A DNA stretch of 64,000 bases from Phycisphaerae bacterium (GCA_041661865.1 JBAZTO010000019.1:252-64251); one strand, 5' to 3'; positions 1-9,024 are shown, numbered from the stretch's first letter. The notes: generated by a model from the sequence alone, not told the origin. Numbers and translations: made by a program.

Positions 1-244
1 CGGCGGCGATTTCCTTCAATACCGCCAATGGGCCGTCGTGCCTGGCCATGTGCAGCACCTTGCCGGTCCAGTTCTTTGACTTCAGTGCCTCCAGGCCCCA
101 GCAGATCGCGGAGACCACCCCAACGTGCTCGGAGAATATAAATCTTACGCTTCCCTCGCTGTCGACTTCAGCACGAGTTTGCAGTAGAAGGCGTTTGGTC
201 AAAGGCAAAAGCACAAGGAGGAGGAGAAGCAAACCCCTACGCAA
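1..244 (-). CDS. Partial CDS running off the left edge; N-terminus is signal-peptide-like (RRGLLLLLLVLLPLT), product unknown
   Basis: Minus-strand frame stays open from about 244 (TTG/GTG candidate starts) to position 1 and beyond; hydrophobic leader then ...VRFIFSEHVGVVSAICWGLEALKSKNWTGKVLHMARHDGPLAVLKEIAA; not in the ORF track because it has no stop in the window. Confidence 0.25.
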   Translation of the reverse strand, partial: MRRGLLLLLLVLLPLTKRLLLQTRAEVDSEGSVRFIFSEHVGVVSAICWGLEALKSKNWTGKVLHMARHDGPLAVLKEIAA

Positions 245-384
245 GCGCGCACTCCGTGCTCGTCACTTACATGAAGCTCAAATCACCCGCGATGTTTAAC
301 TTCCCACAGACTCCGCAACATAAGAAACGCCGGGATGGTAATGCACAAGGGACATAAAGAACAAGCAGGAAACAAGAATATTTG

Positions 385-843
385 TCATCGAGTGACGATT
401 CGCCAGCCTTCCGGCGTCTTCTCCCAGTCCGTATGCATGAATCCGTACTCGTGGCCGCCCACTTTGAACGCGGTGGTGCCCGGGGCTTGTTCGGCTTGCT
501 GAACCCACTTCCTGTAGTCGTGCCGCTGATGGCCTTTCTTCAGCGACTCCCACCACCGCAACATCTGCTGCGCCACCTCCGCATTCTTGGCCCATCGCTT
601 GGCGGCGTCAGCACATCTGTCCTCCTCCAGCAATCGAACCCAGTCCTCAATCGCATAAGGGAGGTCGCTCTCAGACGGGGCGGTGCTTGTGACAGCCGCC
701 TGGGATTCCGCGGGCTGCGAAGTTCCGGGCCCGGCGGGTTGGGTGGCCGTGCCCTCGCTCACAACCCAGATGGTCGCCTTCTCACGCTGGCGAGTGAAAG
801 TCAGTCCCGTCTGGCGTTCGAGATTGGCTAAGCTGCCTGCCAT
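385..843 (-). CDS. Hypothetical protein; 5' end abuts or overlaps the left TIR of the IS630 element
   Basis: 160-aa ORF (385..867) with protein-like C-terminal two-thirds; both candidate ATGs (867, 843) lie inside the IS left inverted repeat (826-858), suggesting IS insertion at the gene 5' end. Confidence 0.3.
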   Translation of the reverse strand: MAGSLANLERQTGLTFTRQREKATIWVVSEGTATQPAGPGTSQPAESQAAVTSTAPSESDLPYAIEDWVRLLEEDRCADAAKRWAKNAEVAQQMLRWWESLKKGHQRHDYRKWVQQAEQAPGTTAFKVGGHEYGFMHTDWEKTPEGWRIVTR

Positions 844-2013
844 AATGTTTGAACAGTTATTCAACATCCTGCCGAAAGAGTGGTTAAGGACGATTTATCC
901 GGTCATGGAGGACCGACAAGATGTCTCAACCATTCTTTGTGCGTCCGCTCACCCGAGCGGAACGGGCGGCGATCCGCAAGTTGCGGAGGCGGCCGCCCAA
1001 CTTGGACGTGTATCGCCGCGCCCAAGCAGTGCATCTATCCTTCCAGCGACTGAAGGTACAGCAGATTGCCGAGATTGTATCTCACAGTCCGCTGACCGTC
1101 CGACGCTGGTTGGCGGAATTTGGCGCCAACGGTCTGCCGGCACTTTGGCCCGGCAAGAGCACGGGCCGGCCGCCCAAGGCCGACAGCGACTTCCAAGCGG
1201 CTTTGGCCAAGGCCGTCGAGCAGAACCCGCACGATCTGGGCTATCCCTTCACCCGCTGGTCGGTGGATCTGTTGACCGAGCACATGCGAAGGACCACACT
1301 GGTCGACGTCAGTTGCTCGACGGTTTACCATACGCTCAAGCGGCTGGGCTATCGCTACGGCTGTCCCAAGCTCGATCTCAAGCATCGACAAGACCCACGA
1401 GAAGTCGCCCGGGCCAAGCGGCAAAAACGTGCCGCCTTAAAAAAACGAAAGAGGCCCGACCCGGTCGTTGTGCTTTCCTCTATCTTGACGAAGCCGAATT
1501 TCACCTCAATCCGGGTCTATCACGATGCTGGTCGCCTCGTGGTCGCCGAGTGATCGTGCCCTCGGCCGGCCAGAACCGCCGCGTGCCGGTGTTTGGAGCC
1601 TTGGACGCCATGACCGGCGAAGTCTCGGCCAAGATCACCGCCAAGAAGCGAAGCGGCGAGTTCCTGCAATTCCTCCACTGGCTGTTGGGGGATGTCTACA
1701 AGTCCTGCCGGCACGTCTACCTGTTCCTGGACAACTGCTCCATCCACCACACCCAGGCCGTGCAGCAGTTCTTCGATGATCACCGCGACCGCGTGACGGT
1801 GATCTGGAACGCGACCTATGCCCCGAATCTGAACCTGATCGAGCGATTCTGGGGCCACCTGAAACGCTCAGCCATCCACAACTACTACTTCGAGACGGTT
1901 AAGAATCTGGAGAAAGCGATCATGCGGGCGGTCCGCACACTCAACCGCAACAAGAATCACCCGTTGCGACTGAATCTCCAGACTGTTCATTCTTTAGTGC
2001 AGGCAGCTTAGCC
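826..2013 (+). mobile_element. IS630-family insertion sequence (about 1.19 kb) with imperfect ~33-bp terminal inverted repeats
   Basis: Left end 826-840 GGCTAAGCTGCCTGC is an exact reverse complement of right end 1999-2013 GCAGGCAGCTTAGCC; similarity extends inward (cataatgtttgaacagt vs actaaagaatgaacagt); encloses a DDE transposase; size typical for IS630. Confidence 0.8.
921..2011 (+). CDS. IS630-family transposase (HTH OrfA fused to DDE OrfB by programmed -1 ribosomal frameshift)
   Basis: ORF 921..1553 encodes HTH/winged-helix transposase N-terminus; overlapping frame 1439..2011 encodes the DDE_3 catalytic domain (LYLDEAEFHLNP...FLDNCSIHHT...APNLNLIERFW); slippery heptamer TTA AAA AAA at 1437-1445 where frames overlap; fused product about 360 aa. 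Confidence 0.8.
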
Positions 2014-2170
2014 TTCGCAAACCTATCACACTTACGCAGGGCGCGCCGGCGGAAACACCGGCTCGCCCTGCTATGTTTTTTCGGCCCAGAGTCCGACGGC
2101 GGGCGGTCCCACTGGCTGCAAGAAGCCCTTGGGATAGTTTCCGGCCAGTGCCTCCTATATAATCCCCACC

Positions 2171-3181
2171 GTGATACGCACCATAGCCTTCATCAATCCG
2201 AGCCTGTCCACCAGCAACGTCGGTGACCTGTTCATCGACGACAGCGTCAAACGCATCCTGTTGTTTGACCGCGAGAACTCCGTTCACATCGATCCCCGCA
2301 AGCCGATCACTCAGCGGGAGATCGACCTGATAAACTCCCGCGACGCGGCCGTTATCGCCGGGACAAACCTGTGGTATCGTTCCATCCGCAAAGAGGGGCG
2401 CTGGATGTTCACGCGGGAGGATCTGAAGCAGATCCGCGTGCCGATCATCCCGCTTGGCGTGGGCACCACGCGGCACACTGGCGAGGACAATGGCTTCGAC
2501 GCCGATACCCTCGCACAGCTAAAGCTCATCCACGCCTCCTGCCCCGCGGCAAGCGCACGTGACCTGCGGACGCAGGAATGCCTCGCCCAGGCCGGCATCA
2601 CCAACGTGGCCATGACCGGTTGCCCGACACTCTACCGCGGCCTGCGGCCTCAGTGGACGCTCAACAGGAAGACAAGCCGCCGGGTCGTCGTCACCGTCCG
2701 CAAAGGCGCCGCGGCCAATGTCCACAACCTCGACCGTATGCTTCGCGATCGCGGGTACGAAACCGTTGCGGCGGCCCAGATGCCTAAGGACAATTTTGTC
2801 CGCCGAGGAATACCTCTGTTCCGCCGGCCCATGCAGGCCATCTACGAGTTTGACATCCAGCCATACCTCCAACTGGTTGAGGAGTGCGTCGGCGCGATCG
2901 GTTGGCGGCTTCACGGCAACATGTTGCACCTGGCCCACGGGAACCCCGCGGTGTTCTTCGCCAATTGCTCGCGGGCGCAGTCGTTCTGCGAACATTTCCA
3001 GTTGCCTTGCGTGGCGAATGAAGACGGCGTGAGACTCAGCCCGGAAACGCTGACGGATATGATCGACACGTTCTTCGACGCCGGCGCTTACAACAAGTTC
3101 GCCCCCATCTACGCCGCTACCCGAAAAGTCATGGCCGGTTTCCTCGACGCCAACGGCCTGGGGCATAATCTGAAGATGTGA
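2171..3181 (+). CDS. Polysaccharide pyruvyl transferase family protein (CsaB/WcaK-like)
   Basis: 336-aa ORF, GTG start; overall similarity to exopolysaccharide pyruvyl transferases; adjacent to a glycosyltransferase. Confidence 0.55.
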   Translation: MIRTIAFINPSLSTSNVGDLFIDDSVKRILLFDRENSVHIDPRKPITQREIDLINSRDAAVIAGTNLWYRSIRKEGRWMFTREDLKQIRVPIIPLGVGTTRHTGEDNGFDADTLAQLKLIHASCPAASARDLRTQECLAQAGITNVAMTGCPTLYRGLRPQWTLNRKTSRRVVVTVRKGAAANVHNLDRMLRDRGYETVAAAQMPKDNFVRRGIPLFRRPMQAIYEFDIQPYLQLVEECVGAIGWRLHGNMLHLAHGNPAVFFANCSRAQSFCEHFQLPCVANEDGVRLSPETLTDMIDTFFDAGAYNKFAPIYAATRKVMAGFLDANGLGHNLKM

Positions 3182-3196
3182 GCGGGGTTGTCCGTG

Positions 3197-4351
3197 CTAT
3201 TGTCGTTCCCGGACGATCTCTTCGTAGATCGCGACCATCCGGCGGATGTGCTGCTCCTGGGAGATGTTCCCGCGAAGATCGAGACACGCCTGCCGCATGG
3301 TCTGTCGCGATGGCGGATCCAGCAGCCTCCGCATCGCATCGGCCAGTGCCGGCACGTCGGCGGGATCATCCAATTTGAACCCGTGCGTGCCGTTGACCAT
3401 TGTCTCGCAGGCCCCGTTGCAGACGGTGCTGATGACCGGCAACCCCATCGCCAGCGCTTCCAACACGACCAGACTGCATGAATCGTGGCGTGTCGGCAGC
3501 ACGAAGAAGTCGGCCGCCTGGTAGAAATCCGCGGGCCGGTCCGTCGATCCCGCAAAGACGACGCAGCCGGCGACCCCCAGCCGCTCAGCCATTCGCCGAT
3601 ACGCCGATGGGTCAGGCCGGCCCACGACGATCAGCCGCAACCGCTCGTCGCCAACTCTTGCCACGGCCTCGATGGCCTCTGCCACTCCCTTAAGCTTGAA
3701 ATTCTGTGCGATTATCAGGGCCGCAACGTGTTCCGCGCCCAACCCCAGTCGGCCTCGCAGTTCGTCGCGGGCCGCGGCGTTTGCCTGCGGGTCGAACCTG
3801 GCCAGATCAACGCCGTTCAGCAGAACCGGCAGGCGATGTTCGTCGAGGGGGTAATGTCGCCGGGCTGTCTCCTGGATGTATCGTGACAGGCAGAGCAGGC
3901 GCGGGCCGTCGGCACGCATCAGCATGTCACGCTCGACCGCGGCGAAGAAACGCCGCTTGCGGTTCAGATGGTTGAAGAACCGCGACACCGTCCGGCCGAG
4001 CCGCGAGCGGTACTTCATGTGCGCGGCTGCGACCTCCTCGGCGGCGATCCCCGCGTGCGGGTGATACAGGTCGCACCTCTCGACCGGCAGCATGGCATGA
4101 ACAATGTCGTACGCGCGGGCCCGCGTCTGTTCGCGCACCGACTCAAGGAATCGCCGATAGCGCCCCAGCCGCGACCGGCCGCGGGCGTCAAGGGGCAGGA
4201 AATCCACCCCCTCGATCGCGGTGCCAAACGAACTGGCCGCCAGCGTCACGGCATGTCCCAGTTCCACAAGCCTGCGGGCAAGGTCCACGGTGTAGCGTTC
4301 GGCTCCGCCGCGTGCGGGATCAGCATGCAGGATGACGAGGAGGATCTTCAC
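3197..4351 (-). CDS. Glycosyltransferase family 1 (GT4-type)
   Basis: GT1 signature (VKILLVILHADPARGGAERYT... EALAMGLPVISTVCNGACETMVNG); likely GTG start at 4351 with AGGAAA RBS; the longer ORF to 4462 reads into the MITE. Confidence 0.75.
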   Translation of the reverse strand: MKILLVILHADPARGGAERYTVDLARRLVELGHAVTLAASSFGTAIEGVDFLPLDARGRSRLGRYRRFLESVREQTRARAYDIVHAMLPVERCDLYHPHAGIAAEEVAAAHMKYRSRLGRTVSRFFNHLNRKRRFFAAVERDMLMRADGPRLLCLSRYIQETARRHYPLDEHRLPVLLNGVDLARFDPQANAAARDELRGRLGLGAEHVAALIIAQNFKLKGVAEAIEAVARVGDERLRLIVVGRPDPSAYRRMAERLGVAGCVVFAGSTDRPADFYQAADFFVLPTRHDSCSLVVLEALAMGLPVISTVCNGACETMVNGTHGFKLDDPADVPALADAMRRLLDPPSRQTMRQACLDLRGNISQEQHIRRMVAIYEEIVRERQ

Positions 4352-4414
4352 AATTTCAACTTTCCTGTCCAGACACACGCCCGACACTCCGCATCGAGCC
4401 TCTTGCCTGGAACC

Positions 4415-4510
4415 CTTAGAGCCTATCCCAATAGGTGGCACAGCTTTTCCAAGCTGTGCCATGCACAGGCTGGAAAGCCTGTGCTACACACCTACTGAGA
4501 TAGGTTCTTA
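4415..4510. mobile_element. 96-bp MITE-like element, copy A (22-bp imperfect TIRs, two internal hairpins)
   Basis: 95/96 bp identical to the reverse complement of 5353-5448; termini TTAGAGCCTATCCCAATAGGTG / CACCTACTGAGATAGGTTCTTA are inverted (18/22); internal hairpins GGCACAGCTtttccAAGCTGTGCC and GCACAGGCTggaaAGCCTGTGC. Confidence 0.75.
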
Positions 4511-5335
4511 CGCGCCGGCCGCCGGGGCCGGATAATCGCCGATCCGCCGGCGCATCTTCGCCACCTTGCGGGTGACCGCAGCCGCATAGCGACGCCCGTT
4601 GGAGATGCCCACAAGTCGCAGGTAGTCCTGGAAAAACGCGTCCCAGTGCCGCTCGATCCACGCCGGCGGCATGGAGTACTTCAGTTGGGCCAGATCCTTC
4701 ACGCGCCACCGAAACACGCAGCATCGCGGGCGAAACATCCGCGCCACGTCGATCAGGCTCAGCCGCATCGCGCCGTCGGGATCGTCCAGGTAGATGTGGG
4801 AGGCGTAGAGGTCGCGATGGACATAGCCGCTACGGTGCAAGGCGGCCACCAGCTCCGCCAGCCGCCGCGTGAAGTCTTCGAGCACTTCAGGCCGGCTGGC
4901 GTTGCGATCCATGAACTCCGCGAAGCAATGTTCCAACGCCACGCCCGGCACGGCGGAGAGAAGAATGTAGCTTCGCCGCACTCCCAGCAGGTCGCGTTCC
5001 TCCTGGTAGTAGGCGTGCTGGATGGTCGGCAGATTGGCCTGGTTGGCGCTGCGGACGCATTCCATTTCGACGCTGGCGGGGCTCTGGCCAGGCCCGTAAG
5101 TCAGCAGGCGCCTCAGCCGCCAGGCCAGCGGCTCACGCTCGTATCGCTTCATGTACAGCACGAGGGGCCGGCCCTGCCCGTCGGTCAACTCGATGCGAAA
5201 GTATCGCCGGTGCCCCAGGCCCGCGCGCGTCAGATCCCGGGCCTGGGCGTACGAAAAGGCCGACGCCACCGTGTCCAGATTGTTGCGGCGGATCACTTCC
5301 AGCATGTCCGCCGGCATGAACTGCTTCTCGCCCAT
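4508..5335 (-). CDS. Lipopolysaccharide kinase (Kdo/WaaP) family protein kinase-like
   Basis: 275 aa; catalytic-loop motif YVHRDLYASHIYL and overall Kdo/InaA/WaaP-kinase-like profile; ATG at 5335 lies 17 bp from MITE copy B; TAA stop (4510-4508) is formed by the terminal bases of MITE copy A. Confidence 0.7.
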   Translation of the reverse strand: MGEKQFMPADMLEVIRRNNLDTVASAFSYAQARDLTRAGLGHRRYFRIELTDGQGRPLVLYMKRYEREPLAWRLRRLLTYGPGQSPASVEMECVRSANQANLPTIQHAYYQEERDLLGVRRSYILLSAVPGVALEHCFAEFMDRNASRPEVLEDFTRRLAELVAALHRSGYVHRDLYASHIYLDDPDGAMRLSLIDVARMFRPRCCVFRWRVKDLAQLKYSMPPAWIERHWDAFFQDYLRLVGISNGRRYAAAVTRKVAKMRRRIGDYPAPAAGA

Positions 5336-5352
5336 CGGCCGCGCGCTCCATT

Positions 5353-5448
5353 AAGAACCTATCTCAGTAGGTGTGTGGCACAGGCTTTCCAGCCTGTGCA
5401 TGGCACAGCTTGGAAAAGCTGTGCCACCTATTGGGATAGGCTCTAAGT
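5353..5448. mobile_element. 96-bp MITE-like element, copy B (inverted relative to copy A)
   Basis: Reverse complement matches 4415-4510 with a single mismatch; lies between the kinase-like gene start and the tRNA-Ser 3' end. Confidence 0.75.
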
Positions 5449-5486
5449 CACAGCACCGAGTTGCGCATGCACAGGCGCATAAGAAA

Positions 5487-5571
5487 CGGAGAGGGAGGGA
5501 TTCGAACCCACGGTACCCGAAGGTACACCGGTTTTCGAAACCGGCCCATTCAGCCACTCTGGCACCTCTCC
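5487..5571 (-). tRNA. tRNA-Ser (anticodon CGA)
   Basis: Minus-strand cloverleaf GGAGAGG...; anticodon stem CCGGT/ACCGG with loop TTCGAAA (anticodon CGA); long variable arm typical of Ser; T-loop GGTTCGAATCC; 85 nt, no encoded CCA. Confidence 0.85.
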
Positions 5572-5662
5572 GGCTTTGGCAATGCGGCAGAACACTCTAC
5601 CCGCCGAGGCTATCACCGTCAAGGCGACTGCAACCAAAGCGTAGGGCCTTTCAGTTTTCGAC

Positions 5663-5777
5663 GTAGCACGGGCGTCTCGCCCGTGAGTAGCATGGGCATC
5701 TTGCCCATGTCGGTGAGTTTTCGTATATCGCACGGCCGGGACGGCCGTGATACTCATGGCCAAGATGGCCATGCTAC
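5663..5777. repeat. Two tandem twin-hairpin units (four 8-bp-stem, 3-nt-loop hairpins) between the sigma gene 3' end and tRNA-Ser
   Basis: Hairpins 5667-5685 CACGGGCGtctCGCCCGTG, 5691-5709 CATGGGCAtctTGCCCATG, 5731-5749 CACGGCCGggaCGGCCGTG, 5755-5773 CATGGCCAagaTGGCCATG; the two units differ by compensatory G/C swaps on both stem arms. Confidence 0.6.
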
Positions 5778-5944
5778 GAGAACTGATGGCCCTGAACCAA
5801 AGCGGGCCAACCTGACGCACTGCGGATTGTGCAGATGATGAAACAACCTCGCAGCGGCAGGCACGCACTCGTAGCCGGCGGAGGACTGCCGCACGAGGAG
5901 GGACTGGTATTCCATCCGTTTTGAAACTGCGGGTTGGGTGCGTG

Positions 5945-6778
5945 TCAGGCCTCGTTGTCGGCCAGTTGTTTCAACGCGGCCAGGGCCTTCTTTTCGAGCT
6001 GGCGGACACGTTCGCGCGTCAGGCCGACCTTCTGGCCGATTTCCTTGAAGGTCCGCGGCGGGCCCTCGTAGCCGTCCAGCCCAAAGCGCAGCTCCAGGAT
6101 CTTCCGCTCGCGCGGTTCGAGGTGCTTCAGGAGCGACTTGACCATCGGGGCGTTGCATGCGTCCATCATCGCCTGCTCGGGGGCCGAGCCGGTGACATCG
6201 ACCATGATCTCGCCGATGGCGCTACTGTCCTCGCCGCCCACCTGCGTCGGGGCGTTAACGGCCAGCAGGCCCTGCTGGACAATCTCGGCCTTCTTGCGGC
6301 TGATGCGGAGTCTCTTGGCCATCTCCTCGAGGGTCGGCGTGCGGCCGAACTGGCCTTCCAGCTCCGCGGCGGTCCTGCGCCACTTGCTGATGAGCTTGAC
6401 CAGGTAGGCCGGGATGTGGATGGGCTGGCCGGCGTTGATCATCGCCCGCTTGAGCGACTGCTTGATCCACCAGGCCGCGTAGGTGCTGAACCGCACGCCC
6501 GCGTCGGGGTTGAACTCCTCCACCGCCCGCATGAGCCCCAGGTTGCCCTCCGCCACCAGGTCGCTGAGCGTCATGCCGGGATTGTAATACTCCTTGGCGA
6601 TCTTGACCACCAGGCGCAGGTTGGCGGCGATCATCTGCTCGCGGGCGATGGGGTCACTGCCCTGGCGGATCTTGCGCGCCAGATCCCTCTCCTCCTGCGC
6701 CGTCAGCAGGCGAGCCTGCTTGATGCGGTCGAGATACCAGCCCAGCGTCGTCTGCGTCGATAGCGATCGCACGGTCAT
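5945..6778 (-). CDS. RNA polymerase sigma factor, sigma-70 family
   Basis: 277 aa with region 2 (GNLGLMRAVEEFNP, RFSTYAAWWIKQSLKRAM), region 3 and region 4 HTH (TFKEIGQKVGLTRERVRQLEKKAL). Confidence 0.85.
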   Translation of the reverse strand: MTVRSLSTQTTLGWYLDRIKQARLLTAQEERDLARKIRQGSDPIAREQMIAANLRLVVKIAKEYYNPGMTLSDLVAEGNLGLMRAVEEFNPDAGVRFSTYAAWWIKQSLKRAMINAGQPIHIPAYLVKLISKWRRTAAELEGQFGRTPTLEEMAKRLRISRKKAEIVQQGLLAVNAPTQVGGEDSSAIGEIMVDVTGSAPEQAMMDACNAPMVKSLLKHLEPRERKILELRFGLDGYEGPPRTFKEIGQKVGLTRERVRQLEKKALAALKQLADNEA

Positions 6779-6953
6779 CGGATCACCTCCAAGCGAGTCC
6801 TGACGTTCCTCATGGAATGTCGGCTTGGATTGGGTGCGACTTAAGCAAGGCCAGCCCCTCGGCGGCGCGTAAAAAAGGGCATGACATCCCTCGATGCCAC
6901 GCCCTTGTCAGGCTATCGTTTCCGGCCCCGCGAGGAGGCCGGGATGCCTCGAT

Positions 6954-8795
6954 TTACTCTTCCTGCTGCTCGTTGTTGCGAATGGTCTGGATGATGTCGT
7001 CGCCGATCATCCCGCCGCCGCCTTCCAGCCCGCCACGCCGCTTGGCGCGATCGCCGGAGTCGGCCGACTCGCCAGGTTGGCCATCCTCGGCGGCCCACTG
7101 GGCACGCTTGAGGCTCAGGCCGATCTTGCGGTCGTCGGTGTCCACGCGGAGGATCTTGACCTCGATCTCGTCGCCGACCTTGACCACGTCCTGGGGATTC
7201 TCGACCTTGTGGTCGGCCAGTTCCGAGACGTGCAGCAGGCCTTCCAGCTCGTCTTCCAACTCCACGAACACGCCGAAGTTGGTGAGCTTGGTGACCTTGC
7301 CCTTGACGATCTGGCCCGGCTGGTAGTGGGTTGGAATGCTTCGCAGCCACGGATCCTCGCTCAACTGCTTGAGGCCCAGGGCCACGCGCATCTTCTCTTC
7401 GTCCACCGCCAGCACGACGCACTGGAGTTCCTGGCCCTTCTTGAGAACTTCGGAAGGATGCCCGATCTTGCGCGTCCAGGACAGGTCCGAAACGTGCAGC
7501 AGGCCGTCGATGCCTTCCTCGATCTCCACGAACGCGCCGTAGTTGGTCATGTTCCGCACCACGCCCGTGATGACGGTGCCCGGCGGGTACTTTTCCTTCA
7601 CCAGCGTCCAGGGGTTGATCTCGGCCTGCTTCATGCCCAGCGAGATCTCCTGCTTGTCCTTGTCGATCTCCAGCACGACCACCTCGACCTCGTCGCCGGC
7701 GTTGACCATCTCCGAGGGGTGGTTGATGCGCCGCGTCCAGCTCATCTCGCTGATGTGCACCAGGCCTTCGAGGCCCTCTTCCAGCTTGACGAACACGCCG
7801 TAGGCCATGATGTTGACGACCTTGCCGCGGATGCGCGCGCCGACGGGGTACTTCTCGCCGACCTGTTCCCACGGGCTGGCCGTCTGCTGCTTGAGGCCCA
7901 GCGCGATCTTTTCCTTCTCGCGGTCGACGTTGAGCACCTGGACCTCGATCTCCTGGTCCAGCTTGAGCATCTCGGTGGGATGGCCGATGCGCCCCCAGCT
8001 CATGTCGGTGATGTGCAGCAGGCCGTCCAGGCCGCCCAGGTCGATGAACGCGCCGAAGTCGGCGATGTTCTTGACGACGCCCTTGCGGATCTGGCCCTCG
8101 CTGATCTCGGCCAGCAGCTTGCTCTTGGCCTCGGTGCGACGCTCTTCAATGAGCTTGCGACGCGAGACGACGATGTTCCGCCGCTCCTCGTCGATCTTGA
8201 GAATCTTGGCGTCGATGGTCTGGCCGACGTATTCGCCGATGTCGCCGGGCCGACGGATGTCCACCTGGCTGGCCGGCAGGAAGGCCGGCACGCCGATGTC
8301 CATCAGCAAGCCGCCCTTGATCTTGCGGGTGACGGGGCCGCGAACGATATCGCCTTCCTTGTTCTTCTCGATGATGCGCTCCCAGCCGCGGATGCGGTCG
8401 GCCTTGCGCTTGGAGAGAACCACCAGCCCGCTGTCGGATTCCACTTCTTCCAGCAGCACTTCCACCGGCTGGCCCGGCTGCATCTGCTCGGCGGATTCAA
8501 ACTCGCTGATATCGACGGTGCCTTCGCTCTTGAGGCCCACTTCGACGACCACGTCGTTGCCCACGACGTTGACCACCTTGCCCGTCAGGATCGAACCGAC
8601 CTGGGGGCTGGTGCGGACCTGCATCATCATTTCGCCCAGGGCTTCCTGGTTGAATGAGCCGCCCATGGCCTGGTCGAGCTGCTTGGCTACGTCGTCGTCG
8701 CTGACCCCCAATGACTTGATGAGATTATAATCTACCATTTGCTTCCTGAATTCCTGTTCCTGAGTCTCGCCTTCGCGACGTCGCTCCCGGTTCAC
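6954..8795 (-). CDS. rpsA: 30S ribosomal protein S1
   Basis: Six tandem S1 RNA-binding domains (repeated G..V.G.V..I..FGAFV.L..GL.GL.H.S motifs); alternative start at M20 (8738) possible. Confidence 0.9.
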   Translation of the reverse strand: MNRERRREGETQEQEFRKQMVDYNLIKSLGVSDDDVAKQLDQAMGGSFNQEALGEMMMQVRTSPQVGSILTGKVVNVVGNDVVVEVGLKSEGTVDISEFESAEQMQPGQPVEVLLEEVESDSGLVVLSKRKADRIRGWERIIEKNKEGDIVRGPVTRKIKGGLLMDIGVPAFLPASQVDIRRPGDIGEYVGQTIDAKILKIDEERRNIVVSRRKLIEERRTEAKSKLLAEISEGQIRKGVVKNIADFGAFIDLGGLDGLLHITDMSWGRIGHPTEMLKLDQEIEVQVLNVDREKEKIALGLKQQTASPWEQVGEKYPVGARIRGKVVNIMAYGVFVKLEEGLEGLVHISEMSWTRRINHPSEMVNAGDEVEVVVLEIDKDKQEISLGMKQAEINPWTLVKEKYPPGTVITGVVRNMTNYGAFVEIEEGIDGLLHVSDLSWTRKIGHPSEVLKKGQELQCVVLAVDEEKMRVALGLKQLSEDPWLRSIPTHYQPGQIVKGKVTKLTNFGVFVELEDELEGLLHVSELADHKVENPQDVVKVGDEIEVKILRVDTDDRKIGLSLKRAQWAAEDGQPGESADSGDRAKRRGGLEGGGGMIGDDIIQTIRNNEQQEE

Positions 8796-8997
8796 AACGA
8801 AACCGGGCGCCGCGCCCGCCGGTCAAGCCCCGCGGGAGGGGCGGCTGGACCACCCAGCCTCCTGCCCATAGGCAGGCCTGCGCCGCGGAGCAATACCGCC
8901 CCATGGCGCGAGCAGAGTAGTCTAGACGCATTTGGCCATTCCTGCAACACGATTATGCCTGGAAGTTGGGGCCGAGAATGAGCCTTTCGGGCAAGAA

Positions 8998-9024
8998 TGT
9001 AGGGCATGCAACTCGTTGCACGCC
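8998..9024. terminator. REP-like palindromic hairpin (GGGCATGCAAC-tcg-GTTGCACGCC) downstream of the DMT gene and upstream of rpsA
   Basis: 9-10-bp stem with 3-nt loop in an intergenic region; a near-identical copy lies at 29200-29226 between convergent genes. Confidence 0.45.

Noticed and set aside
48-299. 83-aa plus-strand ORF at the window start
   Set aside because: Arg/Lys-rich low-complexity translation. A more plausible minus-strand partial gene with a signal-peptide-like start occupies 1-244.
683-2011. 442-aa ORF suggesting a long single-frame transposase
   Set aside because: Only its C-terminal part (from about 1439) is the DDE domain. The upstream part overlaps the OrfA frame (921..1553) and the IS boundary (826), so the real product is an OrfA-OrfB frameshift fusion starting at 921.
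4351-4462. N-terminal extension of the glycosyltransferase ORF (MAQLGKAVPPIGIGSK...) read through MITE copy A
   Set aside because: This peptide is the translation of the MITE hairpin region and reappears in a spurious ORF at 5373. The credible start is the GTG at 4351 with an RBS.
6894-8657. Long ORFs on both strands overlapping rpsA (6894..8657 +, 6913..7872 -)
   Set aside because: Repetitive Asp/Leu/Gly-rich or Arg/Gly-rich translations opposite or out of frame with the clearly recognisable S1-domain protein.
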